A DNA stretch of 64,000 nucleotides from an uncultured Dehalococcoidales bacterium (GCA_964548415.1 CAZJQG010000006.1:12548-76547); one strand, 5' to 3'. Shown: positions 20,230 to 31,118, counted from the first letter of the stretch. Notes: generated by a model from the letters alone, not told the origin. A program made the numbers and translations.

Positions 20230-20638
20230 CTTCTCCTCCTTTCTCTTGTAGACCTTCGATTTTGACGCCCTTCTTCTTGGCATAATCACGGATTGCTTCC
20301 TGAAGCGCCTGCGCTCCCAAATTAGAACAATGAAATTTATTCTTGGGCAGGCCCTCCAGTTCTTTGGCAACCAGGGCAGGTGTGATTTTAACGGCCTCTT
20401 CGAGCGTCTTACCTTTAGCCATTTCACTGGTCATGCTGGAAACCGCCACCGCAGCTCCGCAGCCGAAGGTCTGAAATTTAACGTCTTCGAGACGGTTGTC
20501 CTTGACCTTAATATAAAAGGTCATCATGTCGCCGCATACCGGATTACCAACCTCGCCCACACCGTCGGCGTCTTTAATCTCCCCGACATTCCGGGGATTC
20601 ATAAAATGGTCCATAACTTTATCGCTATATGCCGGCAT
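20201..20638 (-). CDS. nifU: IscU/NifU-type Fe-S cluster scaffold with acidic Cys-containing tail
   Basis: The motifs NPVCGD, FQTFGCGAAVA and HCSNLG are the three conserved scaffold cysteines. Confidence 0.9.
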   Translation of the reverse strand: MPAYSDKVMDHFMNPRNVGEIKDADGVGEVGNPVCGDMMTFYIKVKDNRLEDVKFQTFGCGAAVAVSSMTSEMAKGKTLEEAVKITPALVAKELEGLPKNKFHCSNLGAQALQEAIRDYAKKKGVKIEGLQEKGGEDEGEECEVC

Positions 20639-20644
20639 ATTCTC

Positions 20645-21844
20645 TCACCTCTTTTCTTTCATGAATTTGGCGTATAAAGGAGACATCTGCCTCAGCCTGC
20701 TTATAATAGGAGGCAATTTATTCAGCACGTAATCTACGTCAGCTTCCGTATGGTCGATGCCCAGACCAAAAAGCAAAGAACCCTGCGCGATTTCGTGAGG
20801 CAAGCCCATGGCGATCAGCACGTGCGAAGCCTTCAAGGCTTTGGATGTGCAGGCTGAGCCGCTGGAAACCGCAATGCCTTCCCGGTCAAGCCATAAAAGC
20901 ATCCCTTCCCCTTCGATGAATTCGATACAAAAACTGGCATTTTGTGGCAGACGCTGCGTAGGATGGCCGGTAACTAATACGTGTTCAACCGCAGCCGGTA
21001 AGCCTTTTATCAGCTTATCCCGCAGCTTGGATAACCTCTGGTTTCGCGCGGTCATATCTTGCACCGCCAACTCAGCGGCTTTGCCCATGCCGATAATGGC
21101 CGGAACGTTTTCGGTACCCGGTCTGCGTCCGCCTTCCTGCACACCTCCGTCCATCAAGGGAATTAGCCGTACCCTCTTGCGCACCCACAAAGCCCCAGAG
21201 CCCTTGGGACCGTAAAATTCGTTCCCTGCCAGACTCAGGGCATCTACTCCCAGCTTATTCACGTCAACCGGTATGGTCCCGGTACTGGCCACAGCATCCG
21301 TGTGAAACAAGACGCCGGCCTCTTTGACTTTCCTGGCTATATCTGCGATAGGTTCAATAGTGCCCACTTCACCATTGGCATGCATCACCGAGACAAGTAC
21401 GGTCTCTTTTTTAATATTGCTGGCCACTTCATCCGGGTCCACCATGCCGTATTTATCTACCGGCACTTCGGTGACCTCAAAGCCGGCCTTCTCCAGAGTC
21501 CTGGCGGCGTGCAGCACCGAGAAATGCTCGATTGCCGAGATAATCACGTGCTTACCTTTGGTTATCTGGCCCTGGGCCAGGCCTTTAATGGCCAGGTTAT
21601 TGGCTTCGGTTCCGCTGGAAGTGAAGATAATCTCTTCAGCTTCACCACCGATTAAGGCGGCTACCTGTTCGCGGGCTTTTTCTATAGCTTCTCTAGCTTC
21701 ATCACCCCAGGAATGGATCGATTGGGGATTGCCGTAAACCTGACGGAAATACGGCAGCATCGCCTCCAGCACGTCGGGTAGTACTGGCGTAGTGGCCATG
21801 TTATCCAGGTAAACTTTTCGTTCCGGCTTCTCATCATTCCCCAT
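20645..21844 (-). CDS. nifS: Cysteine desulfurase (NifS/IscS class)
   Basis: 399 aa. [11 protein letters not shown]-terminus, PLP-lysine region, SSGSACTS active-site loop. Overlaps the upstream gene by 11 nt. Confidence 0.93.
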   Translation of the reverse strand: MGNDEKPERKVYLDNMATTPVLPDVLEAMLPYFRQVYGNPQSIHSWGDEAREAIEKAREQVAALIGGEAEEIIFTSSGTEANNLAIKGLAQGQITKGKHVIISAIEHFSVLHAARTLEKAGFEVTEVPVDKYGMVDPDEVASNIKKETVLVSVMHANGEVGTIEPIADIARKVKEAGVLFHTDAVASTGTIPVDVNKLGVDALSLAGNEFYGPKGSGALWVRKRVRLIPLMDGGVQEGGRRPGTENVPAIIGMGKAAELAVQDMTARNQRLSKLRDKLIKGLPAAVEHVLVTGHPTQRLPQNASFCIEFIEGEGMLLWLDREGIAVSSGSACTSKALKASHVLIAMGLPHEIAQGSLLFGLGIDHTEADVDYVLNKLPPIISRLRQMSPLYAKFMKEKR

Positions 21845-22721
21845 TACCCATCTCCTGTTTTTTAGCTTGTTTCTTTACTTCGTTATATCTGGCCAGGCCT
21901 TCGTTAAACAGCCTTTCTTCTTCTTCACTAATAACAATAAGCGGCGGCACCGAAACTGGTTTGCCATTGTTGTCCGTGGCCACCATTATGTAGTGGGCGG
22001 TCATAGCCGGCCGGCGGGCCTCGGTAGCCAGGTTCTGGGCATCGATCTCCACACGTATCTCCATAGACGTTCGGCCGACGAAGGTTAGCCTGGCATGAAT
22101 CAGCACAACTTCCCCCACGTGAACGGGGGAAAGGAAACGGATATCATGCACCGTGCCGGTTACCGGATTAGCCTGGCTGTGCCTGGCGGCTACCACGCCC
22201 GCAGCGTTATCCATCATTTTCATGAGCTCACCGCCGTGGACCACGCCGGCCGGATTGCTGTGATGCGGCAGCATTAGCTCCGCCATATCCACCGCGGAGT
22301 GCCCCACAGTCTTGCCCTTCATCTCTTTTTCCCCGCGAAAAGCTTCTAACAGCTGATTGAAAGTTTCCTCGTGCCGCTTCTCCACCTTGCCCACTCGCTC
22401 GAAGAAGTTCTCGATTTTCTCGAAACCTTCTTCACTGGCGATCCGCGCGGCTTCGGGATATAACCTGCTGGCCTCTTCGTGTTCACGACCGATGGCAAGC
22501 TTAAGATTGGACTCGGTAACACCCAGGTCACCCAGAAATTTAAACTCGTGTTCGGCGTGCTCGGCTTCGTTCTGCGCTGTAGCCGCAAACATATCGGCGA
22601 TCTGGTCAAGCCCCGCCTCTCTGGCTGCTTTGGCAAAATAACTATAGATAGCCTGCACGCGCACTTCTCTGGCAAACGCCTGGCGTAAAGCTTCCTCCGT
22701 CCTGCTGCCTTTCAATCTCAT
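21834..22721 (-). CDS. Fusion protein: rubrerythrin-like diiron domain + hotdog-fold acyl-CoA thioesterase domain
   Basis: N-terminal about 140 aa has [10 protein letters not shown] and VEKRHEETF diiron helices. C-terminal about 150 aa has [23 protein letters not shown]...[12 protein letters not shown], the YciA/Acot-type hotdog signature. It is a single uninterrupted ORF. Confidence 0.8.
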   Translation of the reverse strand: MRLKGSRTEEALRQAFAREVRVQAIYSYFAKAAREAGLDQIADMFAATAQNEAEHAEHEFKFLGDLGVTESNLKLAIGREHEEASRLYPEAARIASEEGFEKIENFFERVGKVEKRHEETFNQLLEAFRGEKEMKGKTVGHSAVDMAELMLPHHSNPAGVVHGGELMKMMDNAAGVVAARHSQANPVTGTVHDIRFLSPVHVGEVVLIHARLTFVGRTSMEIRVEIDAQNLATEARRPAMTAHYIMVATDNNGKPVSVPPLIVISEEEERLFNEGLARYNEVKKQAKKQEMGNGE

Positions 22722-22789
22722 AAATATCTCCTCGGTTAAGTGACTCGTTTTGGCCCTATTAAGCGTTTTTTAAGCGACCATTGACGACT

Positions 22790-23029
22790 CTACGGCACAT
22801 TCAGTTTTTCCTTTAGCCATTTTTCGTCGTAGCCTATTGAAATCTCGCCGTCGATGTCGACGACCGGTACTACCAGTTTACCCGTCTTGCTCACCATTTC
22901 ATCGCGGGCAATTTTGTTCTGGGAAACGTCCAGATACTTGTAAACGATTTTATTCTCGTCAAGCAGCTGCTTGACCTTAAAGCACCACGGTCAGGTAGTT
23001 GTAGAATAGAGTTTAACTTCTTTTGCCAT
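22790..23029 (-). CDS. Glutaredoxin-like selenoprotein candidate (in-frame TGA = Sec at codon 13; active site T-U-P-W-C)
   Basis: Not in ORF track. ATG at 23027-23029 follows GGAGG. Reads MAKEVKLYSTTT[TGA]PWCFKVKQLLDENKIVYKYLDVSQNKIARDEMVSKTGKLVVPVVDIDGEISIGYDEKWLKEKLNVP then TAG. Grx/NrdH fold landmarks are present (beta1, then CxxC position, then VP cis-Pro, then G..D). The TGA lies exactly where the first redox Cys belongs. Confidence 0.72.
22958..22975 (-). promoter_or_regulatory. Candidate bacterial SECIS hairpin
   Basis: Perfect 18-nt palindrome GUCAAGCAGCUGCUUGAC (7-bp stem, AGCU loop). It starts 16 nt after the UGA and has a G in the first two loop positions. Confidence 0.45.
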
Positions 23030-23169
23030 TTCGCCTCCTACAAAAAATTTCACTACAGTCAGCTGTATTTCCTTGCGCAATTATATAGCCGTAAATACGA
23101 AAAACGGCAGCTTCACACGCTGATAGACAATACGAATTGACCCCCGCTATAATACCCGGTCCTAAATTA

Positions 23170-23198
23170 AATATATGTAGGCTCATTATTATTGTCAA
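23170..23198 (-). promoter_or_regulatory. Sigma-70-type promoter candidate for the selenoprotein/rubrerythrin operon
   Basis: The minus strand reads TTGACA-17 nt-TATATT. This leaves a leader of about 130 nt before the ATG at 23029. Confidence 0.4.
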
Positions 23199-23320
23199 GC
23201 AGACGTAACTTATGTCTACTATACCCTCGCCGACTAATCGAGGATATTATGCACCATCAATCGTAAAATAGTCGCAAAATAGAGAGCTAAAAAGTTAAAA
23301 ACTTATGACATTTACCGAGG

Positions 23321-23509
23321 TCACTTAAACGGTCTCTGACCGTCTTCTTTTCTCAGCTTCTGAATACCGCAAGCGTTATTTTGCGCCGCCTTAACCCTAG
23401 CCCGTATCTCATGCAAGATTTCCCAGCCCATCTTCTCGTCGTGGTCGATAACCGCCTGTTCCAACCTGTCCACCTGCTGTTCATCAAGCGTAACCACTGC
23501 TTTCGGCAT
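23321..23509 (-). CDS. Small hypothetical protein (62 aa) translationally coupled to fur-family gene
   Basis: Trimmed from track ORF 23321..23551. The ATG overlaps the Fur-family TGA stop as TGATG at 23507-23511. Sequence begins MPKAVVTLDEQQVDRLEQAVIDHDEKMGWEILHEIRARV. Confidence 0.45.
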   Translation of the reverse strand: MPKAVVTLDEQQVDRLEQAVIDHDEKMGWEILHEIRARVKAAQNNACGIQKLRKEDGQRPFK

Positions 23510-23904
23510 CAACTTTCTCCAACCGCGGCTGCCAGCTGACATTCCAGACACAGCCCATAGAATTCCAGTCTATGGTACAATACCCGGAAACCCGTCCGTC
23601 GGGCCGCTATTTTATCCAGCTCCGAATTTAAAGGCTCATCAACATCGAAGACCCCTCCGCATGTTTCACATCGTAAATGATAATGATTATCGGTTCTGGC
23701 ATCGAAGCGGCTTAGGCAACTGCAAAGCACAAGCTCCGTTATCTCGCCGTTCTGGGAAAGCTGCCTCAGATTCCGATATACGGTGCCCAAACTGATATTA
23801 GGTATCTCCTTCCTGACCTGGCGGTATACCCAGTCGGCCGTGGGATGAGATGTCGTGTTTTTTAAGACTTCGAGTATGGCCTGCTTTTGTCTAGTTTTTC
23901 TCAT
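23509..23904 (-). CDS. Fur-family transcriptional regulator (Fur/PerR/Zur subtype undetermined)
   Basis: 131 aa. Winged helix (SLGTVYRNLRQL), HYHLRC metal site, and two CxxC pairs (CETC, CLEC) for structural Zn. Confidence 0.9.
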   Translation of the reverse strand: MRKTRQKQAILEVLKNTTSHPTADWVYRQVRKEIPNISLGTVYRNLRQLSQNGEITELVLCSCLSRFDARTDNHYHLRCETCGGVFDVDEPLNSELDKIAARRTGFRVLYHRLEFYGLCLECQLAAAVGES

Positions 23905-23968
23905 TTATTTATCAGTAATAGTTATCGTTAACCTAATTATACCTCAAATTGGGCGTGTGTCAATATGT

Positions 23969-24385
23969 TTACCCGGAAGAAGGTTTATTTTTTGGCTTTA
24001 CCACGAGCTTCAAACCTTCTATACCGGTAACTTCAACCTCATCTCCCACGCTAACCTCCGATTCTCCGGATACGGCCTTCCACAGCACACCCTGGACTTT
24101 GACGTAACCCTGCGGTGTCAACGGTTTAACTACAGTGCCTTGACTGCCAATGATACTATCCCTCGCCCCCTTCGGCCTTATAAAGAATGTCCGCCGGCCG
24201 ACACTGTACATAATACCGGAAAAAACGGCTAGAGCCAGCATCAGGACGGCCAGCCCCCACAAAGGGATATTTATATTGAAAAAATGTGGCAGAAGCCACA
24301 GGACAACGGCGGCCAGTAAGAGCTCTTCGAATATCCAGCTTAATACTGCCTGGAGCGTATACCACAGTGGCGGTCTGGTTTTCAT
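23969..24385 (-). CDS. NfeD-family membrane protein
   Basis: 138 aa. Two or three TM helices followed by a C-terminal OB-like domain (GTVVKPLTPQGYVKVQGVLWKAVS...VEVTGIEGLKLVV). Confidence 0.75.
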   Translation of the reverse strand: MKTRPPLWYTLQAVLSWIFEELLLAAVVLWLLPHFFNINIPLWGLAVLMLALAVFSGIMYSVGRRTFFIRPKGARDSIIGSQGTVVKPLTPQGYVKVQGVLWKAVSGESEVSVGDEVEVTGIEGLKLVVKPKNKPSSG

Positions 24386-24400
24386 TTCAGTCCGCCGTCT

Positions 24401-24682
24401 TTAGTCCGGGACATAGCGACCTTCACCGCAGAGAAAGGCGCAATTCGGACAGTATCTCGAGTCAGCCGGCACTTCGGCGCCGCAATTTGGACAGGTAGGG
24501 TTTAACTTGGCGCCGCATTTGCCGCAGAATCTGTAGTCGGGTGGGCTCTGTGAACTGCATTTCGGGCAGGTCTTGTCTGACGGCTGCACCGATGAAGCCA
24601 GCCTGGCCCCGCAGACCATGCAGAAACGGTAGCCCATTATATTTTCTGCTCCGCACTTGGGGCAGAGAAATGTTTCTACCAC
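24401..24682 (-). CDS. Multi-zinc-ribbon protein
   Basis: 93 aa with repeated CPxCG...RFCxxCG units. Confidence 0.65.
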   Translation of the reverse strand: MVETFLCPKCGAENIMGYRFCMVCGARLASSVQPSDKTCPKCSSQSPPDYRFCGKCGAKLNPTCPNCGAEVPADSRYCPNCAFLCGEGRYVPD

Positions 24683-24869
24683 GTCAGGCGCACTCCATAA
24701 TCGTATGTACCATAATTATAAAAAAACGACAACCAATTGTAGCCGTTTAGCGTCCCAACCTCAAGACATATGCAGAAAAAGTCTTGACCACGTTATAGCT
24801 CGCTGATACAATCGTGCCGTTCAGTTCAGTCGGGCAAAGCGAATTCACCGGGAAAAGGAGGAGTTCGTC

Positions 24870-25823
24870 ATGGAAAGAACGCTTGGGCCGAGGGACGTAG
24901 GAGGAATTCTAAAAGAAACTTTTACAATCTATAAAAACAACATTTGGCGACTCGTCGCTATAGGTTCTGTCGCCGCAGTACCAGGTGCTGTGATAGGTGC
25001 GTTTACCCAGCTTTTATCTCATAGATATAGCATGGTTGAAAATGTATATCCCGCAAGTTTATTTATCTTGATACCGCTTAACCTGATCACTTTCGCAGTA
25101 GCGGTATTAGCTATAGGAGCCACTACTCATGCGGTAGCTGTGCAATATTTTAAACGACCAGTCAGCATCGGCCGGGCTTTTAGCTTTTCCTGGAACAGGT
25201 TGTCAGACATGTTTTGGGCACTGGTCCTCATTTCTCTGGCTGTCTTCGGTATCATGGCAGCGGCTTTACTGATATCCTTACCCGTGGTCATGAGTGCTGA
25301 TGCTGACGCCAATCCGATATTATCCATTCTGCTATTCATGATCGTGTTTGTCGTCGCCTTTTTCATCGCCCTTTTACCTATTACTTATCTAGGTATTCGA
25401 TGGGTTTTTTCAACACAGTCAGCTCTACTACAAGGCTTGGGCCCTGTGGACGCACTCAAGAACAGCTGGCAACTGGTAAAGGAAAGCTGGTGGCGCGTCT
25501 TCGGTGTTCTGCTGCTACTGGGATTGATTTTATGTGCAATAACGATGATACTGACGGCACCGGTAATATTCGGAATAATGGGCGCAACCTATACTTCACA
25601 TACAACCGAGATGGCCGCAGGGCTGCCGACCTTGTCATTAGTTTGGATATGCGTTGCCTCGCTTATTGTAAATTTATTCGGAACACCTATCATCGCTGTA
25701 GGAGAAACCTTGCTCTACTTCGACCTGCGTGCCAGAAAACAGGGATATACTTTGGATAACTTGGCCGGCGAAATTAGAATGCCCGTCACGGCTGCGGAAT
25801 CGGCGGCTAGTCCTCAACAATAG
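24870..25823 (+). CDS. Polytopic membrane protein, unknown function
   Basis: 317 aa with about 6 TM helices. An upstream TTGACC-17 nt-TACAAT promoter-like motif lies at about 24784-24812. Confidence 0.6.
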   Translation: MERTLGPRDVGGILKETFTIYKNNIWRLVAIGSVAAVPGAVIGAFTQLLSHRYSMVENVYPASLFILIPLNLITFAVAVLAIGATTHAVAVQYFKRPVSIGRAFSFSWNRLSDMFWALVLISLAVFGIMAAALLISLPVVMSADADANPILSILLFMIVFVVAFFIALLPITYLGIRWVFSTQSALLQGLGPVDALKNSWQLVKESWWRVFGVLLLLGLILCAITMILTAPVIFGIMGATYTSHTTEMAAGLPTLSLVWICVASLIVNLFGTPIIAVGETLLYFDLRARKQGYTLDNLAGEIRMPVTAAESAASPQQ

Positions 25824-26568
25824 CCACCACACGTGCCCAGCCAGCTGAACCGCCCGCCAGTTTGACCGGAAAGCAGGCCACCTTGAAACCGAACGGTTTC
25901 GGCAGTTTGTCTAAATTGGCCAGCTTCTCGATGTGGCAGTATTCCTTTTCTCTGCCGGCGAAGTGTGCACCCCACAAAAGATCTCGATCGCCTGTTCTGC
26001 CGAACTCTTCTCTTATCGCCCAGAAGGGGCGGTCCCAGCCCCAGGCATCTATGCCCATAACCCGGACGCCTAGCTCAACTAACCACAGCGTCGATTCACG
26101 GGTGATGCCGCAGCCGGCATCGAAATATTCCTTTTTACCCCACAGCTTATCGGCGCCGGTCTGTATTAGGACGATGTCAAACGGTTTAATTTCATATTTA
26201 ATTTGCTTCAGGGCTGCTTTAAGGTCATCGACGGTAACACCGGAGCCACGCGGTTTATGCCTCATATCCAGCACTACGCCGTCATGATAAAACCATTCCA
26301 GCGGCATCTCGTCGATGGTTCTTGACTTCTTCCTCTCAGAAGTCGGTGCATAATGCCAGGGAGCATCAACGTGCGTTCCAGAATGGGAACCTGCCTCTAC
26401 ACTATCGGTGGCCCAGCCCAATCCTTCCGGCAGCTCCTCGGGGCTGCAGCCGAAGTAGTCGGACATTCGCTTAACGCTCTGTCCGTGAAGCAGGTGAGTG
26501 ACTTTAACCGGCTGCGGTTCGCTGGGGCTTTCTTCAAGGGGCAGGCTTAAATCTATGATTTTAGCCAC
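25807..26568 (-). CDS. Cyclase-family protein (kynurenine formamidase-like metal hydrolase)
   Basis: The HSGTHVDAPWH motif is characteristic of the putative cyclase/arylformamidase family. Confidence 0.85.
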   Translation of the reverse strand: MAKIIDLSLPLEESPSEPQPVKVTHLLHGQSVKRMSDYFGCSPEELPEGLGWATDSVEAGSHSGTHVDAPWHYAPTSERKKSRTIDEMPLEWFYHDGVVLDMRHKPRGSGVTVDDLKAALKQIKYEIKPFDIVLIQTGADKLWGKKEYFDAGCGITRESTLWLVELGVRVMGIDAWGWDRPFWAIREEFGRTGDRDLLWGAHFAGREKEYCHIEKLANLDKLPKPFGFKVACFPVKLAGGSAGWARVVAIVED

Positions 26569-26601
26569 GTTAACCTCTAAAATTATAGTTGTAAACTGAT
26601 T

Positions 26602-27225
26602 CTAACCGCGATGACGAAACCACGGGTGCAGTTGAATAACGGGAATCAATATATACACCCAGAGCGCCCACCTGGGTAGAATGACGGATAATCCCATTGA
26701 AACAAGGGCAATAACGGGTGTTACGAAATTGGCCCTTATTCCGGTGAGAATTATTTTCTTATCCAAATCCGGCGCCACAAGTCGATGATGGTAACAGGCG
26801 TACCACCAGTTCAGTAAGAAAAGCAGCCCCAATATAAACAAATTGCCACTGAATAAAAGTTCTGCCAGCGCCTGATGACTGTAATCTCCTACTACATCCG
26901 TAGTAAAAGGCATCAAGGCCACAAACATCAGTATGCCTATGTTTATCCAAAGATGCTTTCCATCCGTACGGTGTATAAAATGAAACTGCCGATGGTCGAC
27001 TACCCAGAAAACCGCCAGCAGTAAAAAGCTGAGCGCGTAATTAAAGAATTTGGGCCACTGGCCAATTAACAAATCGCTCAGTCCAAGCTTTGTCTGCATG
27101 GCGTCGGGAAGCGTCAGGGTGAGCACCAGAAGCGTCATGGCGATGGCAAAAATACCATCGGTCAAAGCTTCGAGACGACTTGTCGATAACGAAACAGTTG
27201 ATTTTTCTCGGCTGCTTTCAGCCAT
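26602..27225 (-). CDS. TMEM175/DUF1211-family potassium channel
   Basis: RLEALTDGIFAIAMTLLVL signature in TM1, with 6 TM helices. Confidence 0.8.
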   Translation of the reverse strand: MAESSREKSTVSLSTSRLEALTDGIFAIAMTLLVLTLTLPDAMQTKLGLSDLLIGQWPKFFNYALSFLLLAVFWVVDHRQFHFIHRTDGKHLWINIGILMFVALMPFTTDVVGDYSHQALAELLFSGNLFILGLLFLLNWWYACYHHRLVAPDLDKKIILTGIRANFVTPVIALVSMGLSVILPRWALWVYILIPVIQLHPWFRHRG

Positions 27226-27273
27226 TGCTGTCTCCTTCCATGCCTCCTGTTTCCAATTCTTGCCAAATTATAG

Positions 27274-29987
<2,714 letters not shown>

Positions 29988-30038
29988 CGACTCAAAGCTT
30001 AAAATATAATAAGTTAGATCAATACAGGGGGGACTAAT

Positions 30039-30266
30039 ATGACAGCAATGATCAAAATATTGACCGAGCCGTGGATGCTGTGGCTATGCGGCTCATTCGG
30101 CGATTCGCTTGTAATCGTTGGAATTGTCACTGCCGCACTGAACAAACAGATAGCTGGCTTCACACCTATAACCTGGATACTGCTGGGAATGGTCTTCTAT
30201 TTCTACTTCATTATTTCCTTGGCCGCCCGTATACTTGTAAGCCTGGAAAATAAAGTAAAGAAATAG
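30039..30266 (+). CDS. Small membrane protein (75 aa)
   Basis: Two hydrophobic helices, preceded by GGGGGG. Confidence 0.5.
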   Translation: MTAMIKILTEPWMLWLCGSFGDSLVIVGIVTAALNKQIAGFTPITWILLGMVFYFYFIISLAARILVSLENKVKK

Positions 30267-30337
30267 GCACGTCTCTATAGCCTTAACTTTTTATGTGATC
30301 ACGTACAGTCAAAAAGTTTATACCGGTATCAGGCTAC

Positions 30338-30502
30338 TTAGACCAGGACCTGCCCCAGGTAGAACGGCCAGACCACCAGCCCCAATATAATCTTCCACCA
30401 TACCAGGTTGGCATAACCGATGGTGAACAACCAGCCGGCAAACCAGAGAGCTCCGGCAAGACTTGACCCCGTGTGCGTGACCGCGTGTTTTATTTCCGCC
30501 AT
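30338..30502 (-). CDS. Small membrane protein (54 aa)
   Basis: Not in ORF track. GGGAGG 7 nt upstream. Reads MAEIKHAVTHTGSSLAGALWFAGWLFTIGYANLVWWKIILGLVVWPFYLGQVLV, which has two TM helices. It replaces the implausible track ORF 30318..30539. Confidence 0.5.
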   Translation of the reverse strand: MAEIKHAVTHTGSSLAGALWFAGWLFTIGYANLVWWKIILGLVVWPFYLGQVLV

Positions 30503-30568
30503 TTAAGTCCTCCCTTCGTATTATCGCGAGGTCCAGCATTCCATTTCTTTATAGGCCAGGAAATTCTG

Positions 30569-31114
30569 CTAGTTTATTTTCAGCAGTTCGATCTCGAACG
30601 TCAGGTCCTTGCCGGCGAGCGGGTGGTTGCCATCCAGTGTAACCGTGCCGTTATCGGAAATAGCGGTAATCGTAAATTGATATTGCTCGCCGTTGGGTCC
30701 TGTGGAAGTCAACGTCTGTCCTACAGCCAGTTCGCCATCCACCTTAATTCTGTCCCTCGATACCTCTACTACCATGTCATCCAGGTGGGGCCCGTACGCT
30801 TCAGCCGCCGGAATGGTAATTGTTTTCTTTTCGCCTACTTTCATCCCGACAACGGCCTTGTCGAATCCCTCAATCGTCTGCCCAGAACCGAGAGTAAATT
30901 CAAAAGGTTCTCCTCCAACTGACGATTGGACAACAGTTCCGTCAGCCAGTGACAACGTATAGTTCACCTGGACCTTATCGCCCTCCTTGGCGACCGCAGC
31001 GTTAGACGATGCTGAACTGCATCCGGCAAGAACCGCTCCTATAAGCAAAACCATGCTCAGCGCTATATAGCTAAATTTTCTCACTTTGTCCTCCAATTCA
31101 TATGTCAAATGCAC
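30569..31114 (-). CDS. FKBP-type peptidyl-prolyl isomerase, lipoprotein
   Basis: Lipobox LAGC. FKBP core (GDKVQVNYTLSLADGTVVQSS...PFEFTLGSGQTIEGFD) and a SlyD-like IF insert. Confidence 0.85.
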   Translation of the reverse strand: MHLTYELEDKVRKFSYIALSMVLLIGAVLAGCSSASSNAAVAKEGDKVQVNYTLSLADGTVVQSSVGGEPFEFTLGSGQTIEGFDKAVVGMKVGEKKTITIPAAEAYGPHLDDMVVEVSRDRIKVDGELAVGQTLTSTGPNGEQYQFTITAISDNGTVTLDGNHPLAGKDLTFEIELLKIN

Positions 31115-31118
31115 CGGA

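Noticed and set aside
20230-20427. N-terminal 66 codons of track ORF 19996..20427.
   Set aside because: They overlap the nifU coding region out of frame and are Arg/Lys/Trp-rich. Only the zinc-ribbon part after the internal ATG at 20229 looks genuine, and even that is called at low confidence.
22991-22993. The TGA in the Grx-like frame could be a plain stop, a pseudogene lesion, or genome-wide UGA reassignment.
   Set aside because: - The codon sits exactly at the first CxxC cysteine.
- The downstream 66 codons stay open and keep Grx landmarks.
- A perfect hairpin follows.
- TGA terminates other genes in the window (dnaX, fur-family), so it is not a reassigned codon.
- A sequencing error (TGC/TGT to TGA) cannot be excluded without reads.
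23165-23200. Fur/PerR box overlapping the promoter (TGACAATAATAATGAG).
   Set aside because: The sequence is AT-rich and vaguely Fur-box-like, but the two halves are not inverted repeats of each other (7-1-7 test fails). It is left as an untested possibility only.
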